Source: an uncultured Clostridia bacterium (GTDB taxonomy: Bacteria > Bacillota > Clostridia > TANB77 > CAG-508). Taken from it: a DNA stretch of 64,000 bases. The stretch lies in the NCBI GenBank assembly GCA_944393125.1, contig CALXZB010000001.1, forward strand, positions 64,315-128,314, in the 5' to 3' direction. The position numbers and the translations under genes are program-made. Below the pieces are notes generated by a model. The model saw nothing but the letters and a program-made list of their open reading frames with translations, was not told where the DNA came from and ran no database searches. Positions 23,973 to 34,539 of the stretch are shown piece by piece. Every line of letters begins with the position of its first letter. The stretch's first letter is position 1.

Positions 23973-25652
23973 TTGATGATATATTTGCAAGTTATATATT
24001 CCTATCAAGTGAATATTTTCTATTTATTTGTAAATAATACTAATATGGATTTTAAATGTTTTTTTAAGAATTTAATTAAATATAATAATAATTATAATTT
24101 TACAATTATGAATGATAAAACTGATAATGTTTCAGATATAGATAATACACCCAAAAATCTATTTTCTAATGTTAATGACAATTTAAATTTGTTAAAAAGT
24201 AAATATAATGTATTGCTAAATTCTGATGTTAAAATCAGAGAATTTAATATGACAGTTTCTGGGAAAAATTATAAATGTTTTATCATTTTTATAGATGGTT
24301 TAGTTGATACAATTTCCATTAATGATTTTGTCTTAGAACCATTGATGTTAAGTAAGCACAATTCTAACAAAGTTACGCCAGAAAATCTCTCAGAATATAT
24401 AGATTCTTGTCTTTTACCTCAAAACAGTGTAAAAAAAGTTCAAGATTTTAAATCTGTTTTTTCTGGTATTAACATGGGGGACTGTTTAGTTTTCATTGAC
24501 TCTTTAAACATTGCCTTTGATGTTGATGTAAAAAAATTTCAACAAAGGAGTATTAGTGCTCCTCAGAATGAATCTGTAATCAAAGGTTCTCAAGAAGGAT
24601 ATGTTGAAAATTTTAGAACTAATACATCTCTTTTAAGACGAATTGTGAATAATGAAAATCTTATTATTGAAACTATTCCTGTAGGAAAAATTAGTCAAAC
24701 AAAATGTGGTGTTTGCTATTTAGGTAATATTGCAAATGGTGATTTAGTAGCAGAAGTAAAATATAGACTTAATAATCTAGATATAGACTCTATTATTTCT
24801 GCTGGACAACTAGAACAATTAATTGAAGATGATGATGGTTTTGGTGTACCTCAAATGCTCTCAACAGAAAGGCCTGATAAATGTGCTAAATATTTATTCC
24901 AAGGTAGGGTTGTTGTATTAGTTGATGGCAATCCTTATGCTTTAATTATGCCAGCAGTCATTGAAAATTTTTTATTTTCTCCAGAAGATTCAAACTTAAG
25001 ACCTTTATTTGCGAATTTTTTACGAGGTATTCGTATACTTGCCGCAATTATTACATTACTACTGCCAGGTGTTTATATGGCTATTACTAGTTTCCATCAA
25101 GAGTTGTTACCAACAGAATTATTACTCTCTATTTTGTCAGCAAGAGAAAATGTGCCTTTCCCAATTATTTTAGAACTATTATTAATGGAAATTTCTTTTG
25201 AGCTTATACGCGAAGCTAGTCTTAGAGTTCCCTCTGTTATAGGTTCATCAATAGGTATAGTTGGTGCTTTAATATTAGGAGATGCTGCAGTTAATGCTAG
25301 TATTGTTAGCCCTACTCTTATTATTGTAGTTGCTATTACTGGTATTGCATCTTTTTCTATTCCTGATTTCTCTTTTGGATTCCATGTTCGTGTGTTTAGA
25401 TTTTGGTTTATTGCATTAGGTTTTACTGCTGGTTTTTTAGGAATTGGTGTTGGATTATTTATTTATATTTCTATGCTCTGCAGTTTGAAATCTTTTGGTG
25501 TTCCTTTTGTTGCACCTATTTCTCCATCATACAACCCAAAAGGAAATGGTTTCTTTGTTCCTGCAATATGGAAACAACAATATCGAGCTACTTTTATTTC
25601 TCCAAAAAAGCCTAAGTCACAGGGAGATATAAGTATGAAATGGAAAGTTTAA
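23973..25652 (+). CDS. GerA-family spore germination protein A-subunit / SpoVAF-like (start uncertain: 23973, 24045 or 24108)
   Basis: Conserved GerAA-type core (SISAPQNESVIKGSQEGYVENFRTNTSLLRRI...) and C-terminal TM helices. There is no convincing RBS at any candidate start. Confidence 0.8.
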   Translation: MMIYLQVIYSYQVNIFYLFVNNTNMDFKCFFKNLIKYNNNYNFTIMNDKTDNVSDIDNTPKNLFSNVNDNLNLLKSKYNVLLNSDVKIREFNMTVSGKNYKCFIIFIDGLVDTISINDFVLEPLMLSKHNSNKVTPENLSEYIDSCLLPQNSVKKVQDFKSVFSGINMGDCLVFIDSLNIAFDVDVKKFQQRSISAPQNESVIKGSQEGYVENFRTNTSLLRRIVNNENLIIETIPVGKISQTKCGVCYLGNIANGDLVAEVKYRLNNLDIDSIISAGQLEQLIEDDDGFGVPQMLSTERPDKCAKYLFQGRVVVLVDGNPYALIMPAVIENFLFSPEDSNLRPLFANFLRGIRILAAIITLLLPGVYMAITSFHQELLPTELLLSILSARENVPFPIILELLLMEISFELIREASLRVPSVIGSSIGIVGALILGDAAVNASIVSPTLIIVVAITGIASFSIPDFSFGFHVRVFRFWFIALGFTAGFLGIGVGLFIYISMLCSLKSFGVPFVAPISPSYNPKGNGFFVPAIWKQQYRATFISPKKPKSQGDISMKWKV

Positions 25653-25657
25653 AATTA

Positions 25658-25689
25658 AACAGACTTGTTTTATAATAACAAGCCTGTTT
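25658..25689. terminator. bidirectional terminator between convergent genes
   Basis: aaacagacttgt-N7-aacaagcctgttt. Confidence 0.6.
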
Positions 25690-25693
25690 TTCA

Positions 25694-25831
25694 TTATTCT
25701 TCTACTTTTTCGAACATATCTTTTCCAACTCCACAAAGTGGGCAAACCCAATCTTCTGGTAAGTCTTCAAATTTTACTTCTTCTGCATTATCATCATAGA
25801 TATATCCACATGCTATACATCTGTATTTCAT
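25694..25831 (-). CDS. rubredoxin (45 aa, below the ORF-track cutoff)
   Basis: Manual translation gives [45 protein letters not shown], with two CxxCG knuckles. Confidence 0.85.
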   Translation of the reverse strand: MKYRCIACGYIYDDNAEEVKFEDLPEDWVCPLCGVGKDMFEKVEE

Positions 25832-25852
25832 TGTTTTACCTCCATATATTTA

Positions 25853-26392
25853 TTAATAATTCTCAGCTTTAATTTCAAAATATGCTTTTGGATGATTGCA
25901 AACTGGGCATATTTCTGGTGCTTTTGTTCCAACTACAATATGTCCACAATTTCTACATTTCCATATTTTCACTTCTCCTGCTTCAAATACTTTTCCATCT
26001 TTTACATTTGCTAATAATTTTAAATATCTTTCTTCATGTTCTTTTTCTATTTTTGCAACTTCTGAAAATAAATATGCTATATGGTCAAATCCTTCTTCTT
26101 TTGCTGTTTTTGCAAATTCAGCATACATATCTGTCCATTCATAGTTTTCTCCATCTGCTGCTGCTTTCAAGTTTTCTACTGTATTTCCGATATCTCCTCC
26201 ATTTAGTAATTTGAACCACATTTTTGCATGTTCTTTTTCATTATCAGCTGTTTCTTGGAATATAGCTGCTATTTGTTCATATCCTTCTTTTTTTGCTTTA
26301 CTAGCAAAATATGTATATTTATTTCTAGCTTGTGATTCTCCTGCAAATGCTGTCATTAAATTTTGTTCAGTTTTTGATCCTTTTAATTCCAT
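25853..26392 (-). CDS. rubrerythrin
   Basis: 179 aa with diiron ExxH motifs ([16 protein letters not shown]) and a C-terminal rubredoxin-like CRNCGH...CPVCNH. Confidence 0.92.
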   Translation of the reverse strand: MELKGSKTEQNLMTAFAGESQARNKYTYFASKAKKEGYEQIAAIFQETADNEKEHAKMWFKLLNGGDIGNTVENLKAAADGENYEWTDMYAEFAKTAKEEGFDHIAYLFSEVAKIEKEHEERYLKLLANVKDGKVFEAGEVKIWKCRNCGHIVVGTKAPEICPVCNHPKAYFEIKAENY

Positions 26393-26455
26393 ATTATTAC
26401 CTCCTATTTTTTCTTTCCTATGTAGCTTATCATATTTTAGTCAAAAATGCAATAT

Positions 26456-27043
26456 TTATTTTATCATAATATGAATGTTTTCTACTTTTGCTTCCATTTC
26501 TCTAGAAATAATATTTTGAATTTGCGCAATCTGTTCCGTGCTTAATTCTTCCGCTTCAACTATAACACTTATACTTTCTACATTTACAAAAATAACACAA
26601 TTACTAAAGCCTTTTGTTGAAATTAAGTTTTCACATATCATTATTGCATTTTTTTCTTTGTTTAAATCTGTTATCTCTTGAGTAACTATTGCTTTTTGTT
26701 CTTCTGACACATTTGAATTGTTTAACATTTCTTTGTAAGTTTCTAAAGTTTGTGAATACATTGTATCTCTTGACAATTTTGACTCTTGAAAATATCCATC
26801 TTTTGTTTCTACAACTTCCTCTTCTTCATCTTCTATAATCCCATTTTCTTCTTTTATTAATTCATTATTACTTACAAGAGTTGCATCTCCAAGATTTTCA
26901 TCTTCTGTTGTATCATCATTATTTTGTTCCATGGCAACTGTTTCTATAGTTGGAACTTCATTTGATATATAATTCCAATAACCTGCTGTTACAAGCATTA
27001 GTGCTAAAATATAAATAATAGCAGAACTCTTTTTAATTTTCAA
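26456..27043 (-). CDS. spoIIIAH: stage III sporulation protein AH
   Basis: 195 aa. It is the last gene of the spoIIIA operon, with an N-terminal TM helix, an acidic linker and a YscJ/FliF-like C-terminal domain. Confidence 0.8.
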   Translation of the reverse strand: MKIKKSSAIIYILALMLVTAGYWNYISNEVPTIETVAMEQNNDDTTEDENLGDATLVSNNELIKEENGIIEDEEEEVVETKDGYFQESKLSRDTMYSQTLETYKEMLNNSNVSEEQKAIVTQEITDLNKEKNAIMICENLISTKGFSNCVIFVNVESISVIVEAEELSTEQIAQIQNIISREMEAKVENIHIMIK

Positions 27044-27057
27044 ATTTTCACCCCCTT

Positions 27058-27648
27058 TTAATTTGTTCCCATTTCAAATACTTGAATTTTATGTACAGCT
27101 ATTCCTGTAATAGCTTCTACCGCACTTACTATTGATGATTTAACATTTACATCTCCTGCTCCTTGAGCAGTTATTATAGCTCCTTCTATTACAGGCATTA
27201 CAATTTTTTCTGTAATTGGTTTATTGCTTCCATCTTCATCTGTATATACAATTTCCTTTTTATTTTCTGTTTCTTTTACATCTTTGCTTCCTCCATCACC
27301 ATCAGACTCTTTTGTTGTACTTTCAGAAATTGTTTCATTATACATAGCAACAACCGTACTACTCTCAGAATATTTTATTAGCACTTTTACTTTCCCAACT
27401 CCACTTATAGTAGATAATATTTCTTCTAACCTTTCTTCTAAATCATCTTCTTGATTGTTAGAAGTAGTTTGTGCAAGTACTTTAGATGAATCAACTGTAT
27501 TAGTGTTTTCTTCTTTTTTATTTTCTGACCACATACTATTTATAATTAATACTGTTACTATTAGTATTATTATAAAGACAACAATATTCTCAAGTTGCTT
27601 TTTTTTATCTTTATTTTCTTCATTCCCTTTAAAAAAATCTTTTAACAT
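27058..27648 (-). CDS. spoIIIAG: stage III sporulation protein AG
   Basis: 196 aa with a TM helix and a conserved C-terminal domain (GVGKVKVLI...VMPVIEGAIITAQGAGD). Operon position fits. Confidence 0.85.
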   Translation of the reverse strand: MLKDFFKGNEENKDKKKQLENIVVFIIILIVTVLIINSMWSENKKEENTNTVDSSKVLAQTTSNNQEDDLEERLEEILSTISGVGKVKVLIKYSESSTVVAMYNETISESTTKESDGDGGSKDVKETENKKEIVYTDEDGSNKPITEKIVMPVIEGAIITAQGAGDVNVKSSIVSAVEAITGIAVHKIQVFEMGTN

Positions 27649-27670
27649 ATTTCCTCCTTGTCTCTCATAA

Positions 27671-28165
27671 TTATTTTTTTATATTTATTTTATCTACTTC
27701 TATTTCAAATTCTGTTGCAATTTCTTCCTTTATTTCTGAAAAGTCCTCATCATTATTTGAATTTTTAACTTTCACAGTAATAGAATGAATTCCTGCATTT
27801 TTCTTTGTAGTATCTAGAATTGCGTCTATTTCACATTTTGATACCTCAAAACCTTTTTCTTGGAATTTTGATATCACAGTATTTTCTAATTCTTCTAAAT
27901 ATATTTTTTCAAGTTTTTTATCCATTGAAGATTGGTCTACTTCATATTGTGTTTGCGTTTGATAATTTTCTATATTATATTTTTCTATTGAAAAACTATC
28001 TTTATTTTTTATTATTGGAGAAATTATATTAAATAATACATATATTCCTAAAACCATTTGTATATATTTTTTATTTTTGTTTTGTGGCAAAATCAGTTCA
28101 ATAACTGTTACAATAATAATTGCCAAAATTATCTGTTCTGCCCATGAACTCATAAAACTTATCAT
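27671..28165 (-). CDS. spoIIIAF: stage III sporulation protein AF
   Basis: 164 aa with two N-terminal TM helices. Operon position fits, and it overlaps spoIIIAE. Confidence 0.8.
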   Translation of the reverse strand: MISFMSSWAEQIILAIIIVTVIELILPQNKNKKYIQMVLGIYVLFNIISPIIKNKDSFSIEKYNIENYQTQTQYEVDQSSMDKKLEKIYLEELENTVISKFQEKGFEVSKCEIDAILDTTKKNAGIHSITVKVKNSNNDEDFSEIKEEIATEFEIEVDKINIKK

Positions 28166-29304
28166 CTATACATCATCCCACTATTTGAAATTTTAACTAC
28201 CATTGTTATTCCAATGATTAGTAATACTGATAAACTGCATAAAATTCCTAAAAGCAATTTAAAAGCTCCTCCCATTTCGTCTAAAAGTTTAACTATTTTT
28301 TCATCTGCAACAGGTTGAATAATCGCTGAAGCAACATTATAAATTATACTTAATATCCCTACTTTAATTATTGGCATAATACATATTCCTAATACTACTA
28401 TTACACCTACAAATCCTACTGCATTTTTTAAGATTACTCCACATCCTAATACACTATCTACTACATCTCCTAATACTTTTCCAACAACAGGTATAATTGT
28501 AGATACTGCTGTTTTTGCTGTTTTTGCTGTTATTCCATCTATGCTACTACTTAATGTTCCCTCTAAAGATACCACTCCTACAAATATAGTTAATACAACA
28601 CCTAAGAACCATACTACTCCTGATTTCATAACTTTTGATATTTTATCAACTTGTACTTTATTAGAAATTTTTGAAATTATAGAAAATACTATTATCAATA
28701 GCACAATTGGTATTAGTATGTCTGAAATAATATTTCCTATAAAATTACAAACAAATAATATTATTGGCTCTAATATTGTGCTTGTAGCTATATTTCCTGT
28801 ATATATCATAAGTGTCAGTAGTAATGGTATCAGTACATTTATAAATCCAACTAAATCATTTACTGTATCTTTTACTATATTTAATATTTCTGTAAAATTT
28901 GACATTATTAGTGTAACTATTAATATATATTGAACAAAATAAATTATCTGTGATATATTTGTATTTTCTAAATTATCTGTTATTGATTTTAATATTCCAT
29001 GAATTACTATTATGACTAAAATACTTATTAAAACTTTTATGTTTGAATTTACTTCTTTTCCTATTACTTTTAATATTGGACTATATATAGTTTTATTATC
29101 AACATTTCCTTGTATAGATTGATTTAAAATTTCTGTTAAATCGATTTCTTTAAAATCTTCACTCATGTATTCTTCTGATTTTTTTATAAAATCACTTATA
29201 TTAAATTTTTCTTGTGTTGATTCCATTATTTCTTCTGTTTCTGCATATACTTTATTCTGTAGTAATAATATTATTAGGATAAATATTAGAATTATTTTTT
29301 TCAT
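28162..29304 (-). CDS. spoIIIAE: stage III sporulation protein AE
   Basis: 380 aa. Signal peptide plus a polytopic membrane protein; operon position fits. Confidence 0.88.
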   Translation of the reverse strand: MKKIILIFILIILLLQNKVYAETEEIMESTQEKFNISDFIKKSEEYMSEDFKEIDLTEILNQSIQGNVDNKTIYSPILKVIGKEVNSNIKVLISILVIIVIHGILKSITDNLENTNISQIIYFVQYILIVTLIMSNFTEILNIVKDTVNDLVGFINVLIPLLLTLMIYTGNIATSTILEPIILFVCNFIGNIISDILIPIVLLIIVFSIISKISNKVQVDKISKVMKSGVVWFLGVVLTIFVGVVSLEGTLSSSIDGITAKTAKTAVSTIIPVVGKVLGDVVDSVLGCGVILKNAVGFVGVIVVLGICIMPIIKVGILSIIYNVASAIIQPVADEKIVKLLDEMGGAFKLLLGILCSLSVLLIIGITMVVKISNSGMMYR

Positions 29305-29327
29305 ATTAATCCTTTCATATATATGTT

Positions 29328-29729
29328 TTATGGTAATATTTCAATTATTACTTCTAATAAACTTGAAATTATTGGAATAGACATTGTTACAATAATAACT
29401 TTGCTTCCAATTTCTATTTTTGATGCAATGGCTTTTTCTCCTGCATCTAAGCAAATGCTAACTGCAAATTCTGTTATAATTGCTATTCCTGTAATTTTTA
29501 ATAATATTTCAAGAAATTGTTTGTTTATATATGTTTTATCAGATATAGATTTTAAAAGATTAATTATTCCTGAAAACTTTTCTAATGTCAAAAATAAAAT
29601 TAAAATACCTGCTATTATAGAAATATATATTACATATTCTGGTCTATATTGTTTTAATATAATTGCAATTACTAATGCTATAAGTCCTATTCCAATAACT
29701 TTAATAATCTCATCCATATTTAATCTCAT
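29328..29729 (-). CDS. spoIIIAD: stage III sporulation protein AD
   Basis: 133-aa membrane protein; operon position fits. Confidence 0.85.
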   Translation of the reverse strand: MRLNMDEIIKVIGIGLIALVIAIILKQYRPEYVIYISIIAGILILFLTLEKFSGIINLLKSISDKTYINKQFLEILLKITGIAIITEFAVSICLDAGEKAIASKIEIGSKVIIVTMSIPIISSLLEVIIEILP

Positions 29730-29735
29730 ACCTTT

Positions 29736-29930
29736 CTACAAATTAAATAATGTTCTAACTGTTTGAAATAATGAACTTATTTCTTGTATTACCATAGATA
29801 GTACTATTACTAATCCTGCAAGTGTTGTCATCATAGCCTGATCCTCTCTGCCTGCTCTTACTAATACTTGGTGTAAAACAGCAACTAATATTCCTATTGC
29901 TGCAATTTTAAATAATAGATTTATATCCAT
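29736..29930 (-). CDS. spoIIIAC: stage III sporulation protein AC
   Basis: 64 aa with two TM helices (MDINLLFKIAAIGILVAVLHQVL...). Confidence 0.85.
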   Translation of the reverse strand: MDINLLFKIAAIGILVAVLHQVLVRAGREDQAMMTTLAGLVIVLSMVIQEISSLFQTVRTLFNL

Positions 29931-29957
29931 ATTATTATCCTTCCTTTTATTTCAGTT

Positions 29958-30482
29958 TTAAAATAGTATAATAACAAATATTAGTCCAACAGTTATACCT
30001 AATGTTTTATACATTTTTTTATTTTTCTTTTTATCTTCTTCTGCTTTTTCTATTTGTAAATCCAGAAAATTTTCAATTACTTCTATTTCACTAATCTGAC
30101 CTTCTACATCAGTTTGTCCAAGTAACTTACCTAGTTTTTTTAATATTGTTTTATCTTCTTGATTTATACTAATATCAGCTTTTTGTATACAATTTTCCCA
30201 TACTTCTCTAGTTGGAAAATATGATATTTGATTTGCCATTTGTCCAAAAATTCTTTCAACATTTGTTTCATTATTATTTGCTATCTGTTGAAAAATCTCT
30301 CCTAATGGCTCATATGTAAATTTAATTTTTGTTTTCATTATGTTTAATATATTTTTAAATTCTTTTAATTCTATAACTCTATTTTCATATGCTTTTGCTA
30401 TAGACATTCCTATTGCTGTTGAGAGTACAAAAATACCTATTAGTAAAATATATTTAATTATTTGAATTACAAGCAAATACAT
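29958..30482 (-). CDS. spoIIIAB: stage III sporulation protein AB
   Basis: 174 aa with terminal TM helices flanking a GspF-like domain. It overlaps spoIIIAA. Confidence 0.85.
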   Translation of the reverse strand: MYLLVIQIIKYILLIGIFVLSTAIGMSIAKAYENRVIELKEFKNILNIMKTKIKFTYEPLGEIFQQIANNNETNVERIFGQMANQISYFPTREVWENCIQKADISINQEDKTILKKLGKLLGQTDVEGQISEIEVIENFLDLQIEKAEEDKKKNKKMYKTLGITVGLIFVIILF

Positions 30483-31369
30483 TTAGCCTCACCTCGCCTT
30501 TTGGGATTTAATAAAATAATTTTTTCAAATATGTGTCTATCTAGTAATTTTGAAAGTTCTATATTTTTTTTAATTTGATTTATATCACTACCATGTGCTG
30601 TAAATATACCTTTTACTCCAGAGCACACGGCATAATCTATTGCTTTTATATCTTCTGCACTTCCTATTTCATCACAAGCAATTACATCTGGGCTCATAGA
30701 TCTAACTAAAATTTTCATTGCTTCTGGCTTTGGCATATTGTCTATAACATCTGTTCTTATTCCAATGTCATTTTGAGGAATTCCCTTATACATAGCTGCA
30801 ATTTCTCCTCTTTCATCAACAACTCCAACAGTTTTGCCTTTAAGTCCAATATCTGGAATTCCATTACTAATATTTCTTATAATATCTCTTAAAAATGTAG
30901 TTTTTCCACATCCTGGTGGTGAGACTATTAGTGTATTGTCTATATTTTTTGTTTTTTCATCTATTATTGATTTTATTATTGAATTACTACATCCTATTTT
31001 TTGTCTTGCTATTCTAAAATTTAAACTAGATATATAATTTAAGTTTATTACTCGTCCATTGTCTAAAACGGCACTTCCCACAATACCAACTCTATTACCT
31101 CCTTTTATTGTGATATACCCTTCACAAATTTGTCTTGTGTATGAATATACTGAATTCTCACATATTTTTTCAAATGTTTGTAAAATTTCCTGTTGTTTTA
31201 CAATATGGTCTATTAATTCTAAATCTTGTCCTATTTTTAGAATTAGTGGCTTACTACTTCTTAATCTTATTTCCTCTATTTCTGGTTTTAGTTTTTTATT
31301 TAATAAAATAAATTGCTGTATTTTATCTTTTATCATAACTGGTAAATATTCTAATACTATTTCTAACAT
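30467..31369 (-). CDS. spoIIIAA: stage III sporulation protein AA (secretion-type ATPase)
   Basis: 300 aa. Walker A SPPGCGKTT, Walker B VIACDEIG. Confidence 0.9.
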   Translation of the reverse strand: MLEIVLEYLPVMIKDKIQQFILLNKKLKPEIEEIRLRSSKPLILKIGQDLELIDHIVKQQEILQTFEKICENSVYSYTRQICEGYITIKGGNRVGIVGSAVLDNGRVINLNYISSLNFRIARQKIGCSNSIIKSIIDEKTKNIDNTLIVSPPGCGKTTFLRDIIRNISNGIPDIGLKGKTVGVVDERGEIAAMYKGIPQNDIGIRTDVIDNMPKPEAMKILVRSMSPDVIACDEIGSAEDIKAIDYAVCSGVKGIFTAHGSDINQIKKNIELSKLLDRHIFEKIILLNPKRRGEAKCICL

Positions 31370-31404
31370 TTGGTCTCCTTGATATAATTTTAAGCTCTAA
31401 AAAA

Positions 31405-31428
31405 GAGCATATATTATATATATATGCT
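31405..31428 (-). terminator. hairpin gagcatatat-tat-atatatgctc between the 31453 gene and spoIIIAA
   Basis: 10-bp stem followed by T5 on the minus strand. Confidence 0.5.
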
Positions 31429-31452
31429 CCTTTTATTATTTTTAGAACTGAT

Positions 31453-32760
31453 TTAATAGAATAATCCTAAGTTTTGATATATTGTGGCCATTAAATTTTG
31501 TAATTCTTCTTCTGTTGCATCATTTAAAATAATTGCATTATTATCATTTAATTCTTCTATTTCTAAAGTTTCATCAAAATTAATGCTATTATTATAATTA
31601 ATCATTAACTCAGCATCTTCATCTAGGATTTTTATTTCATAATTTTCTACTATATTATTTGATGTTGATAAATTTTTATATCCAATTTTTAAATCTATTT
31701 CTGTTTCTTTATTATCTTCGTCATGTAATTTAATTGTTATGCTGTATGTTACATCTGTATCTTTTGAGTCTTTAGATACATTTAGCTCACCTAATAGTTC
31801 ATTTTCTTCATATAGTTTTGCTTCTATTTGGTTATCTAATTTTTCTACTACTAAATTCATTGATGTTTTATTATCTTCAATAAATTCCATTTCTATTTTA
31901 ACAGTCTTTTTATCTTTTAAAAATAGTTTTATTTGTAGATTATTTGTTTCTTTTGTTTCAATTTCTTTTAAATCTTCTATTATTTCATCAATTTCTAGTT
32001 GAACATCTTCTTTTTCATATATTCCACTTATTTTACTCAATAATAGTTCATCATTTCTTGCAGTTTCTAATATTTTTATTAATATTTCTATTAATCTTTG
32101 TTCTGGTATTTTTAATGTTAATATTGTTTGGTTTTCCATTTTTTCTTTAGCAAATAAAGATTCATCTAGATTCTCATATAATATTGTTAAATATGTTTCT
32201 TCTAATTTTTCTAATTCTTCAGCAGTAAATTCGTTTTTTGAAAATTCTATTTTATCTGGTATTTCTTCTGAGTCTAATCCTAACTTTTCAAATAATTGTT
32301 TCAAATTTTCATTTCTTACTGCAATGTATTTACTATGTAAAAATCCTGATTGTAAGCCTAAAGCATTGTCAGATACTTTTAACTTTACAGGTACTGTAAA
32401 TGCTTGTGCAAAATTAATTGATATTTCTTGTTCTGCCATTTTTTTATCTATATTTGTTTTTCCTTCAAATGATATTTTACTATTATTTAGCATTTCTATA
32501 TTTTGGTCTGATTCAAGTTCTTGACCTTGAGCTTGAAATGTTATTTCTCCTTGATTAGAAAATGGCACAGTTTGTTGTTTCTGCATATACTCTTCAATTT
32601 TTTCGTTTTCAAAACATTTCAACATCTCATCACTCATCATATATGAAAAGAATAATTGCTTTTCTGTTTTGAATGCATCTGTTTCAAAATATGCATATGC
32701 AACTCCTACACCTATTAAAAGTATTAAAGTTAAAATAAGTAATAAAATCTTTTTTTTCAT
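31453..32760 (-). CDS. hypothetical membrane-anchored/secreted protein
   Basis: 435 aa with an N-terminal signal anchor (MKKKILLLILTLILLIGVGVAYA) and strong RBS GGAGGG. I recognise no domain. Confidence 0.6.
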   Translation of the reverse strand: MKKKILLLILTLILLIGVGVAYAYFETDAFKTEKQLFFSYMMSDEMLKCFENEKIEEYMQKQQTVPFSNQGEITFQAQGQELESDQNIEMLNNSKISFEGKTNIDKKMAEQEISINFAQAFTVPVKLKVSDNALGLQSGFLHSKYIAVRNENLKQLFEKLGLDSEEIPDKIEFSKNEFTAEELEKLEETYLTILYENLDESLFAKEKMENQTILTLKIPEQRLIEILIKILETARNDELLLSKISGIYEKEDVQLEIDEIIEDLKEIETKETNNLQIKLFLKDKKTVKIEMEFIEDNKTSMNLVVEKLDNQIEAKLYEENELLGELNVSKDSKDTDVTYSITIKLHDEDNKETEIDLKIGYKNLSTSNNIVENYEIKILDEDAELMINYNNSINFDETLEIEELNDNNAIILNDATEEELQNLMATIYQNLGLFY

Positions 32761-32804
32761 TTTTATCCCTCCTATTTCATATATAAATTTTACTATAATA
32801 TAAA

Positions 32805-32839
32805 AAAACTGTCAACTTTTATTATATTTTGACAGTTTT
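32805..32839. terminator. bidirectional terminator after yebC
   Basis: aaaactgtcaa-N13-ttgacagtttt. Confidence 0.6.
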
Positions 32840-32860
32840 TATCATTATTTATATATTAAT

Positions 32861-33586
32861 TTATTCTTCCCAGTTATGATATACATCCATTACATCATCT
32901 AGTTCTTCTAATCTTTCAATTAATCTTTCCATTTTTTCTTGAGCAGTTTCATCTAGTGCCACTGTTGTTGTTGGTACCATTTGAACTTCTGCTTCTAAAA
33001 ATGTTAGTCCAGCTTCTTCTAATTTTTCTCTTACTGCTGTAAAATCAGATGGTTCTGTTGTGATTTCATATATTTCTTCTGAAGCCTCAAAATCTTCTGC
33101 TCCAGCATCTAATGCTAACATCATCAATTCTTCTTCATCCATAGTAGTAGTTTCTCTTTCTATTACTATAACTCCTTTTTTATTAAACATATATGATACA
33201 CATCCTGTTGTTCCTAAGTTTCCACCTGCTTTATCAAATACATGTCTTACATCTGATGCTGTTCTATTTCTATTATCTGTGTTAGCATTTACTATTACAG
33301 CTACTCCGTTTGGTCCATATCCTTCATACACAACTTCTTCATAATTTGCTTGATTTCCTTCTCCTGATGCTTTTTTTATTGCATTGTTTATTGTATCATT
33401 TGGCATGTTAGCTGCTTTACATTTTGCTATAACATCTTTTAATTTTGAATTTCCTGCTGGGTCTGGTCCTCCTTGTTTTACTGCTATTAATAATTCTCTT
33501 CCTAATTTAGTAAATACTTTTCCTCTTGCTGCGTCTGCTTTTCCTTTCTTAGCTTGTATATTATGCCATTTGCTATGTCCTGACAT
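32861..33586 (-). CDS. yebC: YebC/PmpR family DNA-binding transcriptional regulator
   Basis: 241 aa: [28 protein letters not shown]... Confidence 0.93.
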   Translation of the reverse strand: MSGHSKWHNIQAKKGKADAARGKVFTKLGRELLIAVKQGGPDPAGNSKLKDVIAKCKAANMPNDTINNAIKKASGEGNQANYEEVVYEGYGPNGVAVIVNANTDNRNRTASDVRHVFDKAGGNLGTTGCVSYMFNKKGVIVIERETTTMDEEELMMLALDAGAEDFEASEEIYEITTEPSDFTAVREKLEEAGLTFLEAEVQMVPTTTVALDETAQEKMERLIERLEELDDVMDVYHNWEE

Positions 33587-33690
33587 GTTTTCACTCTCCT
33601 TTTATTTCTTTAAAATTTATTACTTATCCATTTTATCACATTTTTTCCTATTTGTGTAGTCTTTATAAATAATTTTTTCAAATTCTCTAA

Positions 33691-34539
33691 TTAGTCTTTT
33701 AAATTGCACCATTTGTTTATTTCTGCACCTAAAAATATTACATAAAAACATGCATATGTCCACATCATAATTAACATTAAAGCCGTTAGGCTTCCATAAG
33801 TTATTGAAAAGCCTTTAAATATATTTAAGTAATTAGAAAACACAAATGATATTATAATAAGTGATATTGCACTAAAAAATGCTCCTGGTATTTGACTTTT
33901 TAATGTAAATTTATGTCCAGACATAAATTTATATAAAAATAAAAATATAATAAACACAATAAATATATATATTGTTTGTGTAAGTACTTTAGAAATTATT
34001 GTATAATTTTTAAAAAGTCCAAACTTATTTTGTATTGTATCAATTATGCTAGTTCCAAACACCAATATTACTAGTCCAATTGCTACTAATATTATAAATA
34101 TGATTGTTTGCACAATAGATAATAGTCTTAAATATATCATAGGCTTTGTGTTATCACTTTTTCCTTTATAAACAAAATTTAGCCCTTTCATAAAGGCATA
34201 TAAGCCTTTATGAGCTGAAAATAATGTGAATATTAGTGAAATAGAAATTGTTCCTAGTGATTTTGAATACACTTCTCTTATTATACCTAATACTATTTCA
34301 CTCATATTAATAGGTACTATTTTTGATATTATATAAAATAACTGTTCTTGCTGTATATTAGTATATTGAATTAAAGTTAGTAACAATATTATAAACGGTA
34401 TAAAAGACAATATTATATAATATGCACATTGTGCTGAGAATTCACTAACACGATCCTCTTTTATATTATTTAATATTGCTTTTATTGATATTTTTTTGTT
34501 TTTTAATTCCATAATAATGTCCTTAAATTTATTTTTCAA
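33691..34539 (-). CDS. YihY/BrkB family membrane protein
   Basis: 282 aa, polytopic, with SAQCAYYIILSFIPFIILLL typical of the family. Confidence 0.8.
   Translation of the reverse strand: MKNKFKDIIMELKNKKISIKAILNNIKEDRVSEFSAQCAYYIILSFIPFIILLLTLIQYTNIQQEQLFYIISKIVPINMSEIVLGIIREVYSKSLGTISISLIFTLFSAHKGLYAFMKGLNFVYKGKSDNTKPMIYLRLLSIVQTIIFIILVAIGLVILVFGTSIIDTIQNKFGLFKNYTIISKVLTQTIYIFIVFIIFLFLYKFMSGHKFTLKSQIPGAFFSAISLIIISFVFSNYLNIFKGFSITYGSLTALMLIMMWTYACFYVIFLGAEINKWCNLKD

Noticed and set aside
25709-25722. CGAACATATCTTTT, resembling half of a Cheo/LexA box.
   Set aside because: It lies inside the rubredoxin coding sequence, and the second half-site (CTTT) has two mismatches. It is not in a promoter.
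31405-31428. A TA-rich stretch (gagcatatattatatatatatgctc), considered as a third phase-variable TA tract.
   Set aside because: The TA run is interrupted, and it is the loop and stem of a 10-bp hairpin followed by Ts. It is better explained as the terminator of the 31453..32760 gene.
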